Under the pieces are notes generated by a model that was not told the DNA's origin, made no database searches, and saw only the letters and a program-made list of their open reading frames with translations. A program made the position numbers and the translations under genes. From Synechococcus sp. A15-28 (lineage in GTDB: Bacteria > Cyanobacteriota > Cyanobacteriia > PCC-6307 > Cyanobiaceae): 32,000 nucleotides of DNA. The stretch covers positions 2,040,001-2,072,000 of the forward strand of contig NZ_CP047931.1 of the NCBI RefSeq assembly GCF_014280175.1. Reading direction: 5' to 3'. Of the stretch, positions 20,094 to 30,208 are shown piece by piece. Every line of letters starts with the position of its first letter. The stretch's first letter is position 1.

Positions 20094-20441
20094 ATGGCTG
20101 ACACCCTGCTGAAATGCACCACCCGCCATGTGCGCCTGTTCACGGCTCGGGTGGAGAACGACGATCTTGTTCCTTCCGGGGATGAATTGACCCTGGATCT
20201 CGATCCGGACAACGAGTTCCTCTGGCCCGACGCTGTGGTCACCAAGGTGCAACAGCGCTTTCAGCAACTGGTGGAAGCCGGCGCCGGTGGCGAACTCAGT
20301 GATTACAGCCTCAGGCGGATCGGAACAGACCTTGAGGGCTACATCCGCCAGCTGCTGCAGGCCGGAGAACTCAGCTACAACCCAGATGGGAGGGTTCAGA
20401 ACTTCTCCATGGGCCTGCCCCGCACACCAGATCTGCTGTGA
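20094..20441 (+). CDS. ndhM: NAD(P)H-quinone oxidoreductase subunit M
   Basis: 115 aa, [28 protein letters not shown]...[12 protein letters not shown]...LRRIG.DLE..IR.LLQ.GE..YN, the canonical NdhM pattern. Confidence 0.9.
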   Translation: MADTLLKCTTRHVRLFTARVENDDLVPSGDELTLDLDPDNEFLWPDAVVTKVQQRFQQLVEAGAGGELSDYSLRRIGTDLEGYIRQLLQAGELSYNPDGRVQNFSMGLPRTPDLL

Positions 20442-21052
20442 GCCGTTCCCGCTATGACAGACCCGAGCGCTACGAGCGCCCCGACCGCTACGACAGGTCT
20501 GAGCGACGGGGTGGTGGCTATGGACGCCCTCCGGGCCCTCCTCAAGGCAATGAGGGCCAGGGTGGATTTCAATTCAGCACGCTCACAGCGGCTGTTCTGG
20601 CCGGGGTCCTGATTGTGGGCATCGGCATCGGCAGCGCCGTCACCAGCACCACCCAGGGCGACCAGGGCAACATCGCGAGCTCTCAGCAGCTGGACATGGC
20701 GGTGCCCGACCCCGAGTTCTGCCGTCAGTGGGGGGCCAGCGCCTTCGTGATGGACATCGAGATGTACACAACCCTCAACCCCTCCAGCAGCTTCGTCACC
20801 CAGCCCACGCTTCAGCCCGGCTGTGTGATTCGACGGGAAAACTGGAGTGTGTTGCGCAAGGAAGGGGCCATCACCGCGAACCAGGAACGCGAGTGCAAGC
20901 AGCGGATGAACACCTTTGCCTACATCGGCTCGGTGCGCGACAAACCTGTGGTGCGCTGCGTTTACCAGACCGACATCAGCGAAAACAAGTTCCTCACCCG
21001 TGGTATCGCTGATGACGCAGCCGGCGTCACGCCGGAAGCCGATCAGTTCTGA
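20438..21052 (+). CDS. Conserved cyanobacterial membrane protein of unknown function (DUF3172-like)
   Basis: The GTG start overlaps the ndhM stop (GTGA). Arg/Tyr/Asp-rich repeat N-terminus, one transmembrane helix ([20 protein letters not shown]), then a Cys-containing domain (FCRQWGASA...[10 protein letters not shown]...[13 protein letters not shown]...RCVYQ). The family assignment is from memory. Confidence 0.7.
   Translation: MSRSRYDRPERYERPDRYDRSERRGGGYGRPPGPPQGNEGQGGFQFSTLTAAVLAGVLIVGIGIGSAVTSTTQGDQGNIASSQQLDMAVPDPEFCRQWGASAFVMDIEMYTTLNPSSSFVTQPTLQPGCVIRRENWSVLRKEGAITANQERECKQRMNTFAYIGSVRDKPVVRCVYQTDISENKFLTRGIADDAAGVTPEADQF
20450..20503 (+). repeat. Three tandem 18-nt coding repeats (RY[DE]R[PS][ED]) at the 5' end of the DUF3172-like gene
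   Basis: CGCTATGACAGACCCGAG / CGCTACGAGCGCCCCGAC / CGCTACGACAGGTCTGAG, read directly from the sequence. Confidence 0.8.
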
Positions 21053-21056
21053 TCGA

Positions 21057-22031
21057 TCAGCTTTGGAGCGGTAAGGGCTGAGACGGCTTGGCTTGCCGCA
21101 ACGGGCTGTCGGCACTGGCGAACACCGGCAGCACGTCCTGCCGGAAGGCCGCTGAAGCGCGGGAGCTGTAACGGGCGGGGTGGGTGATCAACTTCAGTTG
21201 CCGCCGCACCTGCAGATCCGCCACCACCGGTCGGTGAATCGTTCCAGCCGCCAGCTCCCGTTCAATCGAGACCACAGGCACAAAGGCCGCACCAAGACCG
21301 GCCTGAACAGCGTTCTTGATCGCTTCCAGGGAGTTCAGTTCCATCTCAAAGCGCAGCCGCTGCACGTCCAATCCGGATCGAGCCAGCAGCTGGTCCACCA
21401 TCTTGCGGGTGGTGGATTGGGCATCAAGGCATACAAAGCCAAGCCTGTACAGGTCTTCCTTAGTGAGTTCCGCCAGGCGGGCCAGGGGATGCTTCACCGG
21501 TAACACCAGGGCCAACTCGTCGCTGGCGTAGGGCACCACCTGGAGCAGGTCGTTGAGCTCAGGCGGCAGTTCACCCCCGATGATCGCCAGATCGATCTGG
21601 CCATTGGCCACGCTCCAGCCCGTCCGGCGGGTGCTGTGAACCTGAAGCTGCACAGCGACATCCGGATACTTCTGCCGGAACAGGCCGATCATTCTTGGCA
21701 TCAGGTAAGTGCCAGTGGTCTGGCTTGCCCCGACGATCAGGGAGCCGCCCTTGAGATTGTGCAGATCATCGAGAGCCCGGCAGGCCTCATGGCACTGGCT
21801 CAGGATCCTGTCGCAGTAGCTGAGCAACAGGTGCCCGGCCTCCGTCAGCTGAGCCTTGCGCCCACCACGATCAAACAACGACACCTCAAGCTGCTTCTCC
21901 AGGTTCTGGATCTGCAAACTGACGGCCGGCTGGGTGACGTACAGGCTGTCTGCCGCTTTCTTGAAGCTTCCTTCGCTGACGATGGCGCGAAGAATGCGCA
22001 GCTGATCCAGCGTGAAGGGCAGATCGGCCAC
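21057..22031 (-). CDS. rbcR: LysR-family transcriptional regulator (RbcR/Ycf30-like)
   Basis: HTH region [50 protein letters not shown] plus a LysR substrate-binding domain. The subfamily call rests on similarity to Ycf30/RbcR as remembered. Confidence 0.8.
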   Translation of the reverse strand: MADLPFTLDQLRILRAIVSEGSFKKAADSLYVTQPAVSLQIQNLEKQLEVSLFDRGGRKAQLTEAGHLLLSYCDRILSQCHEACRALDDLHNLKGGSLIVGASQTTGTYLMPRMIGLFRQKYPDVAVQLQVHSTRRTGWSVANGQIDLAIIGGELPPELNDLLQVVPYASDELALVLPVKHPLARLAELTKEDLYRLGFVCLDAQSTTRKMVDQLLARSGLDVQRLRFEMELNSLEAIKNAVQAGLGAAFVPVVSIERELAAGTIHRPVVADLQVRRQLKLITHPARYSSRASAAFRQDVLPVFASADSPLRQAKPSQPLPLQS

Positions 22032-22110
22032 CGCGCTCGATGCGGACGAAACTGTAATCTAGGTCTGCCCCGGCCGACATCCAGAATCATGGCGCAATCT
22101 CCAGGGGCCG

Positions 22111-22842
22111 ATGGCCATTTCCCACCACAGCAGCATCGTGATGCTGATCCTGCTGGTGCTGTTTGCCGTGATCCACAGCGGTGGTGCCTCCCTGCGGCAA
22201 CGCGCTGAAGCCAGGATTGGTGCGAGGGCCTGGCGCCTGCTGTTCGCCGCCGCGAGCATCCCCTCCGCCGTCGTTGTGATCGGCTGGTTCCTGGCCCACC
22301 GCTACGACGGCATCCGTCTCTGGAACCTGCAGGGGGTGCCTGGAATGGGGCCCCTGGTGTGGATCGGCACCGCCATCAGTTTTCTTTTCCTCTACCCGGC
22401 CACTTACAACCTGCTGGAGATTCCGGCCGTCCTGAAACCCCAGGTGCGGCTCTACGCCACGGGAATCATCCGCATCTCGCGCCACCCCCAGGCCATCGGT
22501 CAGATCCTCTGGTGCCTCACCCATGCCCTGTGGATCGGCAGCAGCTTCATGCTGGTGACCTGCTTCGGCCTGGTCGCCCATCACCTGTTTGCGGTCTGGC
22601 ACGGAGACCGACGCCTGAAGGAACGGTTTGGCGAGGCTTTTGACGACCTGAAAGCCACCACATCCGTACTGCCGTTTAAAGCCGTGATCGATGGCCGGCA
22701 ACAGTTGGATTGGCGTGAATTTCTCCGACCCGCCCAAGTGGGCATTGCCATCGCAGTGGGCGTTTTCTGGTGGGCACACCGCTTCATCCCCACTGCTGCG
22801 GGGATGGTGCGCAACTCAGCACTCGAGAGTCTGCTGAGCTGA
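22111..22842 (+). CDS. NnrU-family integral membrane protein (Z-ISO-like)
   Basis: Multi-transmembrane protein with a conserved NnrU pattern: HSGGASLR..., GIIRISRHPQAIGQILWCLTHALW and AHHLFAVWHGDRRL. Confidence 0.8.
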   Translation: MAISHHSSIVMLILLVLFAVIHSGGASLRQRAEARIGARAWRLLFAAASIPSAVVVIGWFLAHRYDGIRLWNLQGVPGMGPLVWIGTAISFLFLYPATYNLLEIPAVLKPQVRLYATGIIRISRHPQAIGQILWCLTHALWIGSSFMLVTCFGLVAHHLFAVWHGDRRLKERFGEAFDDLKATTSVLPFKAVIDGRQQLDWREFLRPAQVGIAIAVGVFWWAHRFIPTAAGMVRNSALESLLS

Positions 22843-22876
22843 ACTGCCTACACTCCAATCAACCTGTTGAAAGCGG

Positions 22877-24886
22877 ATGCCTTCGGCCGCGGAACTTGCC
22901 TGGTTGATCCCGGTGCTCCCCCTCGCGGGAGCCGTGATCACCGGCCTTGGCCTGATCAGTTTCAACCGCACCATCAACCGGTTGCGCAAGCCGGTGGCGC
23001 TGTTGCTGATCAGCTGCGTCGGCGCAGCAGCGGTGCTGAGCTACGCCATCCTCGCCGGGCAACTGGCCGGTGCTCCCCCCGTCGAGAGCCTGTTCGTCTG
23101 GGCCAGTGCCGGAAGTTTCGTGTTGCCGATGGGTTTCGTGGTGGACCCCCTGGCCGCCGTGATGCTCTCCCTGGTGACCACCATCGCTCTGCTGGTGATG
23201 GTGTATTCCCATGGCTACATGGCCCATGACAAGGGCTACGTCCGCTTTTTCACTTACCTGGCCCTGTTCAGCAGCTCGATGCTGGGCCTGATCATCAGCC
23301 CGAATCTCCTCGAAATCTACGTGTTCTGGGAGCTGGTGGGCATGTGTTCCTACCTGCTGGTGGGCTTCTGGTACGACCGCGATGGAGCAGCTCACGCTGC
23401 CCAGAAAGCTTTTGTGGTGAACCGCGTGGGCGACTTCGGTTTGTTGCTGGGCATCCTCGGATTGTTCTGGGCCACCGGCAGCTTCGATTTCCAGGGCATT
23501 GCCGATGGTTTGCGTGATGGCCTGAGCTCAGGCGCCATTGCACCGTGGGCCGCACTCCTGCTCTGCCTGCTGGTGTTCCTCGGCCCCATGGCCAAGTCGG
23601 CCCAGTTCCCCCTTCACGTGTGGCTGCCGGATGCGATGGAGGGCCCCACCCCGATTTCCGCGCTGATTCACGCCGCCACGATGGTCGCCGCCGGGGTGTT
23701 CCTGGTGGCCCGTCTCGACCCTCTCTACAGCCAGTTCCCGCTCGTTCAGACCGTGATCGCTGTGGTCGGCACGATCACCTGTTTCCTGGGCGCATCCATT
23801 GCCCTCACGCAGATGGACCTGAAGAAAGGTCTGGCCTACAGCACGGTGTCCCAGCTCGGCTACATGATGCTGGCCATGGGCTGCGGGGCCCCCGTAGCGG
23901 GACTGTTCCACCTGGTCACCCACGCCTTCTTCAAGGCGATGCTGTTCTTGGGATCCGGTTCGGTGATCCATGCCATGGAGGAGGTCGTGGGCCACGAACC
24001 GGTGCTCGCCCAGGACATGCGACTGATGGGTGGTCTGCGCCAGAAAATGCCGGTCACGGCCATCACCTTCTTCATCGGCTGTATCGCCATCAGCGGCATC
24101 CCCCCACTGGCGGGCTTCTGGAGCAAGGATGAAATTTTGGGCCAGGCCTTCAACAGCTTCCCCGTCCTCTGGTTGGTGGGCTTCCTCACCGCGGGGATGA
24201 CCGCCTTCTACATGTTCCGCCTCTACTTCCTCACCTTCGAAGGGGAGTTCCGCGGCAACGACGCGGCCATGCAGGCTCAGCTGCTGACGGCAGCCGGCAA
24301 GGATCCTGGCGACCATCACCCCCATAGCGGCAGCGTCCATGAATCCGCCTGGCCCATGGCTGCCCCTCTGGCGGTCCTGGCGGTGCCTTCCGTCCTGGTG
24401 GGCCTGCTGGGCACTCCCTGGAACAGTCGCTTCGCTGGCTTGCTCAATCCCGAGGAAGCCGTGGAAATGGCGGAACAGTTCAGCTGGAGTGAGTTCCTGC
24501 CTCTGGCAGGAGCCTCGGTGGCCATCTCCGTTGTGGGAATCACCCTGGCTGTTCTGGCCTACGCCCTGCACCGCATTGACCTCGGCCAGCTCGTGGCGGG
24601 CCGTTTCCCCAGCATCAACGCCTTCCTGGCCAACAAGTGGTACCTCGATGCCATCAACGAGAAGCTGTTCGTGCGCGGCAGCCGCAAGCTGGCTCGGGAA
24701 GTGCTGGAGGTCGACGCCAAGGTCGTGGATGGCGTGGTGAACCTCACCGGCCTGCTCACCCTCGGTAGCGGCGAAGGTCTGAAATATCTGGAGACAGGTC
24801 GGGCTCAGTTCTATGCCCTGATCGTGTTCGCTGGAGTGATCGGTCTGGTGGTGCTGTTCGGCGTCATCGGCGGACCAACCGCCTGA
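22877..24886 (+). CDS. ndhF: NAD(P)H-quinone oxidoreductase subunit 5 (NdhF, NDH-1L type)
   Basis: 669 aa with SMLGLIISPNLLEIYVFWELVGMCSYLLVGFWY...AQKAFVVNRVGDFGLL...KSAQFPLHVWLPDAMEGPTP. Confidence 0.96.
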   Translation: MPSAAELAWLIPVLPLAGAVITGLGLISFNRTINRLRKPVALLLISCVGAAAVLSYAILAGQLAGAPPVESLFVWASAGSFVLPMGFVVDPLAAVMLSLVTTIALLVMVYSHGYMAHDKGYVRFFTYLALFSSSMLGLIISPNLLEIYVFWELVGMCSYLLVGFWYDRDGAAHAAQKAFVVNRVGDFGLLLGILGLFWATGSFDFQGIADGLRDGLSSGAIAPWAALLLCLLVFLGPMAKSAQFPLHVWLPDAMEGPTPISALIHAATMVAAGVFLVARLDPLYSQFPLVQTVIAVVGTITCFLGASIALTQMDLKKGLAYSTVSQLGYMMLAMGCGAPVAGLFHLVTHAFFKAMLFLGSGSVIHAMEEVVGHEPVLAQDMRLMGGLRQKMPVTAITFFIGCIAISGIPPLAGFWSKDEILGQAFNSFPVLWLVGFLTAGMTAFYMFRLYFLTFEGEFRGNDAAMQAQLLTAAGKDPGDHHPHSGSVHESAWPMAAPLAVLAVPSVLVGLLGTPWNSRFAGLLNPEEAVEMAEQFSWSEFLPLAGASVAISVVGITLAVLAYALHRIDLGQLVAGRFPSINAFLANKWYLDAINEKLFVRGSRKLAREVLEVDAKVVDGVVNLTGLLTLGSGEGLKYLETGRAQFYALIVFAGVIGLVVLFGVIGGPTA

Positions 24887-24979
24887 GCATCCTCTGGCTC
24901 ATGTGTGTCATCGCCTATCGAGGTGATGACAGTTGGGCTGTGATTTCTACGATCCAGCCAGTGGTGTTCGGGACAGATC

Positions 24980-26620
24980 GTGATCGAATTCGCAGTCGCC
25001 GGGGCAAGTGATCCCGTAGCGGCGACCGTGCCCTGGCTGAGCCTGTCCATCCTGGTTCCCATTGTCGGCGCCTTGCTGGTGCCGTTCATTCCGGATGCCG
25101 GAGATGGCAAACAGGTGCGCTGGTATGCCCTGGGCGTCACCCTGATCACCTTTTTGATCACGGTGAGCGCCTATCTGAATGGCTACGACCCCAGCATCAG
25201 TGGACTGCAGTTGAGCGAACGGGTGAGCTGGCTCCCCGACCTCGGGCTCACCTGGGCCGTCGGAGCCGATGGCCTGTCGATGCCGCTGATCCTGTTGACC
25301 AGCTTCATCACCAGCCTTGCCTGCCTGGCGGCCTGGCCCGTGAGCTTCAAGCCCCGGCTGTTCTATTTCCTGCTGCTGGCGATGGACGGCGGCCAGATCG
25401 CGGTCTTCGCCGTGCAGGACATGCTTCTCTTCTTCCTGGCCTGGGAACTCGAGCTGATCCCGGTGTATCTGCTGTTGGCCATCTGGGGCGGCAAGAAACG
25501 CCAGTACGCCGCCACGAAATTCATCCTCTACACCGCCGGCAGCTCTCTGTTCATCCTGCTGGCAGCCCTGGCCATGGGCTTCTTTGGCGGGGGAACCCCC
25601 AGCTTCGAGTACACAGCCCTGGCGGCAAAGGACTTCGGCAGTGGCTTCCAATTGCTCTGCTACGCAGGTCTGCTGATCGCCTTCGGCGTCAAACTGCCGA
25701 TCGTGCCGCTGCACACCTGGCTTCCGGATGCCCACGGAGAAGCCACAGCCCCTGTGCACATGCTGCTGGCGGGCATTCTGCTGAAGATGGGGGGCTATGC
25801 CCTGCTGCGGTTCAACTGCGAACTGCTGCCAGCCGCCCACGCCCAGTTCGCTCCGCTCCTCATCGTTCTCGGCGTAGTGAACATCATCTACGCCGCGCTC
25901 ACCTCCTTCGCCCAGCGCAACCTCAAGCGCAAGATCGCCTACAGCTCCATCAGCCACATGGGCTTTGTGCTGATTGGCGTCGGCAGCTTCAGTACTCTGG
26001 GCACCAGCGGAGCCATGCTGCAGATGATCAGCCATGGACTGATCGGAGCGAGTCTGTTCTTCCTCGTGGGGGCCACCTACGACCGCACCCACACCCTGCA
26101 GCTCGACGAAATGGGGGGTGTGGGCCAGAAGATGAGAATCATGTTTGCGCTCTGGACCGTATGCGCCCTGGCGTCACTGGCCCTGCCGGGCATGAGCGGC
26201 TTCGTCAGCGAACTGATGGTGTTTGCCGGCTTCGCCACCGATGAGGCTTACACCCTCCCCTTCCGGGTGGTGATCTGCGCCCTCGCCGCCGTCGGGGTGG
26301 TCCTCACACCGATCTATCTGCTGTCCATGCTGCGGGAGATTTTCTTCGGCAAGGAGAAGCAGGAGCTGAGCTCCCACACCAATCTTGTGGATGCTGAGCC
26401 GCGGGAGGTGTACATCATCGGCTGCCTGTTGGTGCCGATCATTGGCATCGGCCTCTACCCCAGGCTGATGACCGACAGCTACAGCCGATCGATCGAAGCC
26501 CTGGTGGGACGTGATCTCGGCGCCATGGAACGGATCAAGCAACCCACAGCACCTCTGATCCGCGGTCAGGCGGCACCGGTGCCGGCGGTGCTCAACGCGC
26601 CATCGGTTCCTGCCGCGTAA
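24980..26620 (+). CDS. ndhD: NAD(P)H-quinone oxidoreductase subunit 4 (NdhD, D1/D2 type)
   Basis: 546 aa with [22 protein letters not shown]...[21 protein letters not shown]...[11 protein letters not shown]...[13 protein letters not shown] start. Confidence 0.95.
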   Translation: MIEFAVAGASDPVAATVPWLSLSILVPIVGALLVPFIPDAGDGKQVRWYALGVTLITFLITVSAYLNGYDPSISGLQLSERVSWLPDLGLTWAVGADGLSMPLILLTSFITSLACLAAWPVSFKPRLFYFLLLAMDGGQIAVFAVQDMLLFFLAWELELIPVYLLLAIWGGKKRQYAATKFILYTAGSSLFILLAALAMGFFGGGTPSFEYTALAAKDFGSGFQLLCYAGLLIAFGVKLPIVPLHTWLPDAHGEATAPVHMLLAGILLKMGGYALLRFNCELLPAAHAQFAPLLIVLGVVNIIYAALTSFAQRNLKRKIAYSSISHMGFVLIGVGSFSTLGTSGAMLQMISHGLIGASLFFLVGATYDRTHTLQLDEMGGVGQKMRIMFALWTVCALASLALPGMSGFVSELMVFAGFATDEAYTLPFRVVICALAAVGVVLTPIYLLSMLREIFFGKEKQELSSHTNLVDAEPREVYIIGCLLVPIIGIGLYPRLMTDSYSRSIEALVGRDLGAMERIKQPTAPLIRGQAAPVPAVLNAPSVPAA

Positions 26621-26687
26621 ACAAGTGTCGAGGTCTGCTGCAGATCGCGCTGAAGTCCGTAAGTTCTGATCGCATTCGGCCCCTCCC

Positions 26688-27062
26688 ATGCGCCAGATCA
26701 ACTTCGGCCTGATCTTCGGCTTCGGACTGATCACGGTGTTCTTCACCCTGGAGAACACCACCGCCACCACCGTCCATGTCTTGCCCGGAATGGATTACAC
26801 CCTGCCGCTGGCAGGCCTGCTGCTGCTGGTGGCAGGCCTTGGCGCAGCCTCGGCTTGGTTTTTTGCCGCCTGGACGGGAATGCTGAACAACGTGGAACGG
26901 TTCAGCCAGGCCAGCGAAGTTGAAGCCCAGCAGGTGCGCATCCAGGAACTCGAAACGGACCTCAACCGCTACCGTTCGACGGTGGAGACCCAGCTCGGCC
27001 TGCTGCCGGCCACCACGGTGAGCAGCAGCGCTGGAGCTGACGACAGCAGCGACGCCACCTGA
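26688..27062 (+). CDS. Small membrane protein, LapA-domain/DUF1049-like, with a C-terminal coiled coil
   Basis: Two predicted transmembrane helices, then EVEAQQVRIQELETDLNRYRSTVETQL. GC3-rich. The family call is from memory. Confidence 0.65.
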   Translation: MRQINFGLIFGFGLITVFFTLENTTATTVHVLPGMDYTLPLAGLLLLVAGLGAASAWFFAAWTGMLNNVERFSQASEVEAQQVRIQELETDLNRYRSTVETQLGLLPATTVSSSAGADDSSDAT

Positions 27063-27075
27063 TCCCAGTCTCTTA

Positions 27076-28029
27076 ATGGCATCTGAGCCGAAGGACCGAT
27101 ACCTTCAGCCCAGTCGGGATTCCATGGTGCCCCAGGTGGCCACCCACGATGGTGCCGATGCGGGCGCCCGCCTGGCCATCCGCCTGTTGCAGGATGCCGC
27201 GGAGCGTGGGGAGCTCGACCCCTGGGATGTGGATGTGATCGCCGTCGTGGACGGCTTTCTGGATCAACTCCGCCAGAGGATCGAGGTGCCACGGCAGGTG
27301 GCAGCGGTCCTCGATGGTCGCGGCGGCAGCTACGAGCGGGACCTGGCGGACAGCAGCGAGGCCTTCCTGGCCGCATCCGTGCTGGTGGGTTTGAAAGCCG
27401 AGGTGCTTGAGGCAAGCATCCTGCCGCCGCCGGTGGAGGTGGAGGAGCACATCGACGCCGCGTTCGATGAACAAGGCTGGCTGGACGAAAGCTTTGACCT
27501 GCCGCGCCGGCCGGAGCGGCACCTCCAGCGACGCCCCGTTGCCCCGCCGCCGCTGCGGAGGCCGGTGACCCTGGGCGAGCTGATCGAACAACTGGAATCC
27601 ATCGCCGAACATCTGGAAGCCGATGAGCTGGAGGCGCGCCGCCGGCAGCGGCGGCGGCGCTTCAGCGACCGTGAAGCGATTGCCCAGGTGGCAGGACTGG
27701 CCCATCGGGAGAAACTGCCCGAAACCACTGCAGCCCTTGGGGTTTATCTCAACGGCTGGGAGGACGCCCTGGCCTGGATCGACTTTGAACGGCTCGTGCA
27801 GCGCTGGAACAGCGTGGCGCCGGGAGATCTCGACACCGATCGGGTGGGTGTTTTCTGGGCCCTGCTGTTTCTGTCCTCCCAGGGGGCGGTGGAGCTGGAG
27901 CAGGAGGGTTGGCTGCATGCCCCTCTGCGGCTGAAACGCATCCCGGCCAGCGGCAGCTTCACCCAGTTGCCGATCACCAGGCTTGAGGTGCCAGATCCCC
28001 TGCCGACCCGAACCACGCAGGCAGCTTGA
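27076..28029 (+). CDS. scpA: Segregation and condensation protein A (kleisin)
   Basis: LAIRLLQDAAERGELDPWDVDVIAVVDGFL...VTLGELIEQLE...VFWALLFLSSQGAVELEQ, an ScpA-like N- and C-terminal pattern. Confidence 0.8.
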   Translation: MASEPKDRYLQPSRDSMVPQVATHDGADAGARLAIRLLQDAAERGELDPWDVDVIAVVDGFLDQLRQRIEVPRQVAAVLDGRGGSYERDLADSSEAFLAASVLVGLKAEVLEASILPPPVEVEEHIDAAFDEQGWLDESFDLPRRPERHLQRRPVAPPPLRRPVTLGELIEQLESIAEHLEADELEARRRQRRRRFSDREAIAQVAGLAHREKLPETTAALGVYLNGWEDALAWIDFERLVQRWNSVAPGDLDTDRVGVFWALLFLSSQGAVELEQEGWLHAPLRLKRIPASGSFTQLPITRLEVPDPLPTRTTQAA

Positions 28030-28057
28030 GGAGCGGTTTAACCTTCACCATCCTGTG

Positions 28058-29251
28058 ATGTCAGAAACGCCGATGAAGGCGATGATCCTGGCGGCCGGAA
28101 AGGGAACAAGGGTTCAACCGATCACCCATGTGATCCCCAAACCGATGATCCCCATCCTGCAGAAACCCGTGATGGAGTTTCTGCTTGAGCTGCTGAAGGA
28201 GCACGGCTTCAACGAGGTGATGGTGAACGTCTCCCACCTGGCTGAGGAGATCGAGAATTATTTCCGCGATGGGCAGCGCTTTGGGGTGGAAATCGCCTAT
28301 AGCTTTGAAGGGCGGATCGAAGACGGTGAGCTGATCGGTAGTGCCCTGGGTTCCGCCGGTGGTCTCAAGAAAATCCAGGATTTCCAGAACTTTTTTGACG
28401 ACACCTTTGTGGTGCTTTGCGGCGACGCGCTGATCGATCTTGATCTCACCGAAGCGGTGCGCCGCCACCGGGAGAAGGGCGCCCTGGCCAGCCTCGTGAC
28501 CAAGCGTGTCCCCAAGGACCAGGTCAGCAGCTATGGCGTTGTGGTCACCGATGCTGAAGACCGGATCTCCCACTTCCAGGAGAAACCCAAGGTCGAAGAG
28601 GCCCTGAGCGACACGATCAACACCGGCATCTACATCTTCGAGCCGGGGATTTTTGACCACATCCCCTCCGGTGTCTCCTTCGACATCGGCTCCGACCTCT
28701 TCCCCAAACTGGCCGAGCTGGGGGCTCCCTTCTATGCCATTCCCATGGATTTCGAATGGGTGGACATCGGCAAGGTGCCTGATTACTGGCAGGCCATCCG
28801 CAGCGTTCTTCTTGGGGATGTGCGTCAGGTGGGCATTCCCGGCAAGGAAATTCAACCCGGGGTGTACACCGGTCTGAACGTGGCAGCCAACTGGGACAAG
28901 ATCAACGTCAGCGGCCCTATCTACGTGGGCGGCATGACCAAGATTGAAGACGGAGCCACGATCGTTGGGCCAACGATGATCGGCCCCAGCTGCCACATCT
29001 GTGAAGGGGCTGTGGTCGACAACTCGATCATCTTCGACTACTCCCGCATCGGCGCTGGGGTGCAGCTGGTGGAGAAACTCGTCTTCGGCCGCTACTGCGT
29101 GGGCAAGGACGGCGACCACTTCGACCTGCAGGAAGCAGCACTCGACTGGTTGATCACCGATGCCCGCCGTCAGGACCTGGTGGAGCCTTCACCCCAGCAG
29201 AAAGCCATGGCGGAACTGCTTGGAACGGAACTTACCCAGGCAGCGAGCTGA
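28058..29251 (+). CDS. NDP-sugar pyrophosphorylase (mannose-1-phosphate guanylyltransferase / sugar-1-P nucleotidyltransferase family) with a C-terminal left-handed beta-helix
   Basis: MKAMILAAGKGTRVQPITHVIPKPMIP...VLCGDAL...NTGIYIFEP...DIG. ATG at 28058 or 28073; the track ORF starts at 27983. Confidence 0.88.
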   Translation: MSETPMKAMILAAGKGTRVQPITHVIPKPMIPILQKPVMEFLLELLKEHGFNEVMVNVSHLAEEIENYFRDGQRFGVEIAYSFEGRIEDGELIGSALGSAGGLKKIQDFQNFFDDTFVVLCGDALIDLDLTEAVRRHREKGALASLVTKRVPKDQVSSYGVVVTDAEDRISHFQEKPKVEEALSDTINTGIYIFEPGIFDHIPSGVSFDIGSDLFPKLAELGAPFYAIPMDFEWVDIGKVPDYWQAIRSVLLGDVRQVGIPGKEIQPGVYTGLNVAANWDKINVSGPIYVGGMTKIEDGATIVGPTMIGPSCHICEGAVVDNSIIFDYSRIGAGVQLVEKLVFGRYCVGKDGDHFDLQEAALDWLITDARRQDLVEPSPQQKAMAELLGTELTQAAS

Positions 29252-30125
29252 CTCCAGCCTGATCGAGCACCAACGGGATCCGTTCCTCGGCTTTGATCGC
29301 CATCAGGTGAACCCCCTGGACGATCCCCAGATACCGCTTCACCTGTTCCGCCGCGATGGCCACCCCTTCCAGGGCTGGGTTGTCCGCCGATTCCAACCGC
29401 TCGATCAGGGTCTCCGGGATGCAGGCTCCCGGCACGACGCGATTGATGAATCGCGCATTTTTGGCTGACTTCAGCAGAAACACACCCGCCAGCACAGGCA
29501 GGTTCATCGGCCCCGCCAGTTCAACCTGAAACCGCTCCAGTGCCGCAGGGTCCATCACCATCTGGGTCTGCACAAAACGAGCACCGGCCTCCTGCTTGCG
29601 TTGCAGGCGGCGCTGCAGGCCACTCCAGCTGCGGGAATGAGAGTCCGCCGCACAGCCAGCGAACAACGTTGTCGGACCATCCAGCAACTCAGCCTTCACC
29701 GGATCCTTCCCTTGGTTGAAGGCCTTCACCTGACGCAGCAGTTTCACCGACTCAAACTCATTCACCGGTCGGGCATCCGCCTGATCGCCAGCCCTCACAG
29801 GATCACCCGTGAGACAGAGCAGGTTGTGAATCCCCAGGGCATGGGCCCCCAGCAGATCCGCCTGCAGCGCCAGCCGGTTGCGATCCCGGCAGGCCATTTG
29901 CAGTACCGGCTCCAGCCCCCGATCCAACAGAAGCCGACAGACCGCCAGGCTGCTCATGCGCATCACCGCACGACTGCCGTCGGTGACGTTGATCCCATGC
30001 ACTCGCCCCCTGAGGTGTTCGGCCATGGCGAGCGCGTGGGAGGGGTCTCCCCCCCTGGGAGGCATCACCTCCGCTGTGATCGCCTGCTGACCGGACTCAA
30101 TCGCGCGTTGGAGCGCCGTCGCCAA
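29232..30125 (-). CDS. metF: Methylenetetrahydrofolate reductase
   Basis: AITAEVMPPRG...INVTDGSRAVMRMSSL...LQMACRDRNR.ALQADLLGA...GIHNLLCLTGDP. Confidence 0.9.
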   Translation of the reverse strand: MATALQRAIESGQQAITAEVMPPRGGDPSHALAMAEHLRGRVHGINVTDGSRAVMRMSSLAVCRLLLDRGLEPVLQMACRDRNRLALQADLLGAHALGIHNLLCLTGDPVRAGDQADARPVNEFESVKLLRQVKAFNQGKDPVKAELLDGPTTLFAGCAADSHSRSWSGLQRRLQRKQEAGARFVQTQMVMDPAALERFQVELAGPMNLPVLAGVFLLKSAKNARFINRVVPGACIPETLIERLESADNPALEGVAIAAEQVKRYLGIVQGVHLMAIKAEERIPLVLDQAGVSSLPG

Positions 30126-30208
30126 ACCCTGAACTGCCGATGGGGCCCACTATGCAGGATCAGATCATCCAACGGCACTACCATGGGCCGAAAGGGGGGT
30201 TGAGGCCC

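Noticed and set aside
23528-24571. 347-aa ORF antisense to ndhF.
   Set aside because: Antisense mirror frame of a highly conserved membrane-protein gene. The translation is Gly/His/Arg/Gln-rich and low in complexity.
24947-26092. 381-aa ORF antisense to ndhD.
   Set aside because: Same artefact as the other antisense ORFs. It fully overlaps ndhD on the opposite strand.
28061-29119. 352-aa ORF antisense to the NDP-sugar pyrophosphorylase gene.
   Set aside because: Same artefact. It has no motif I recognise, and the sense gene is unambiguous.
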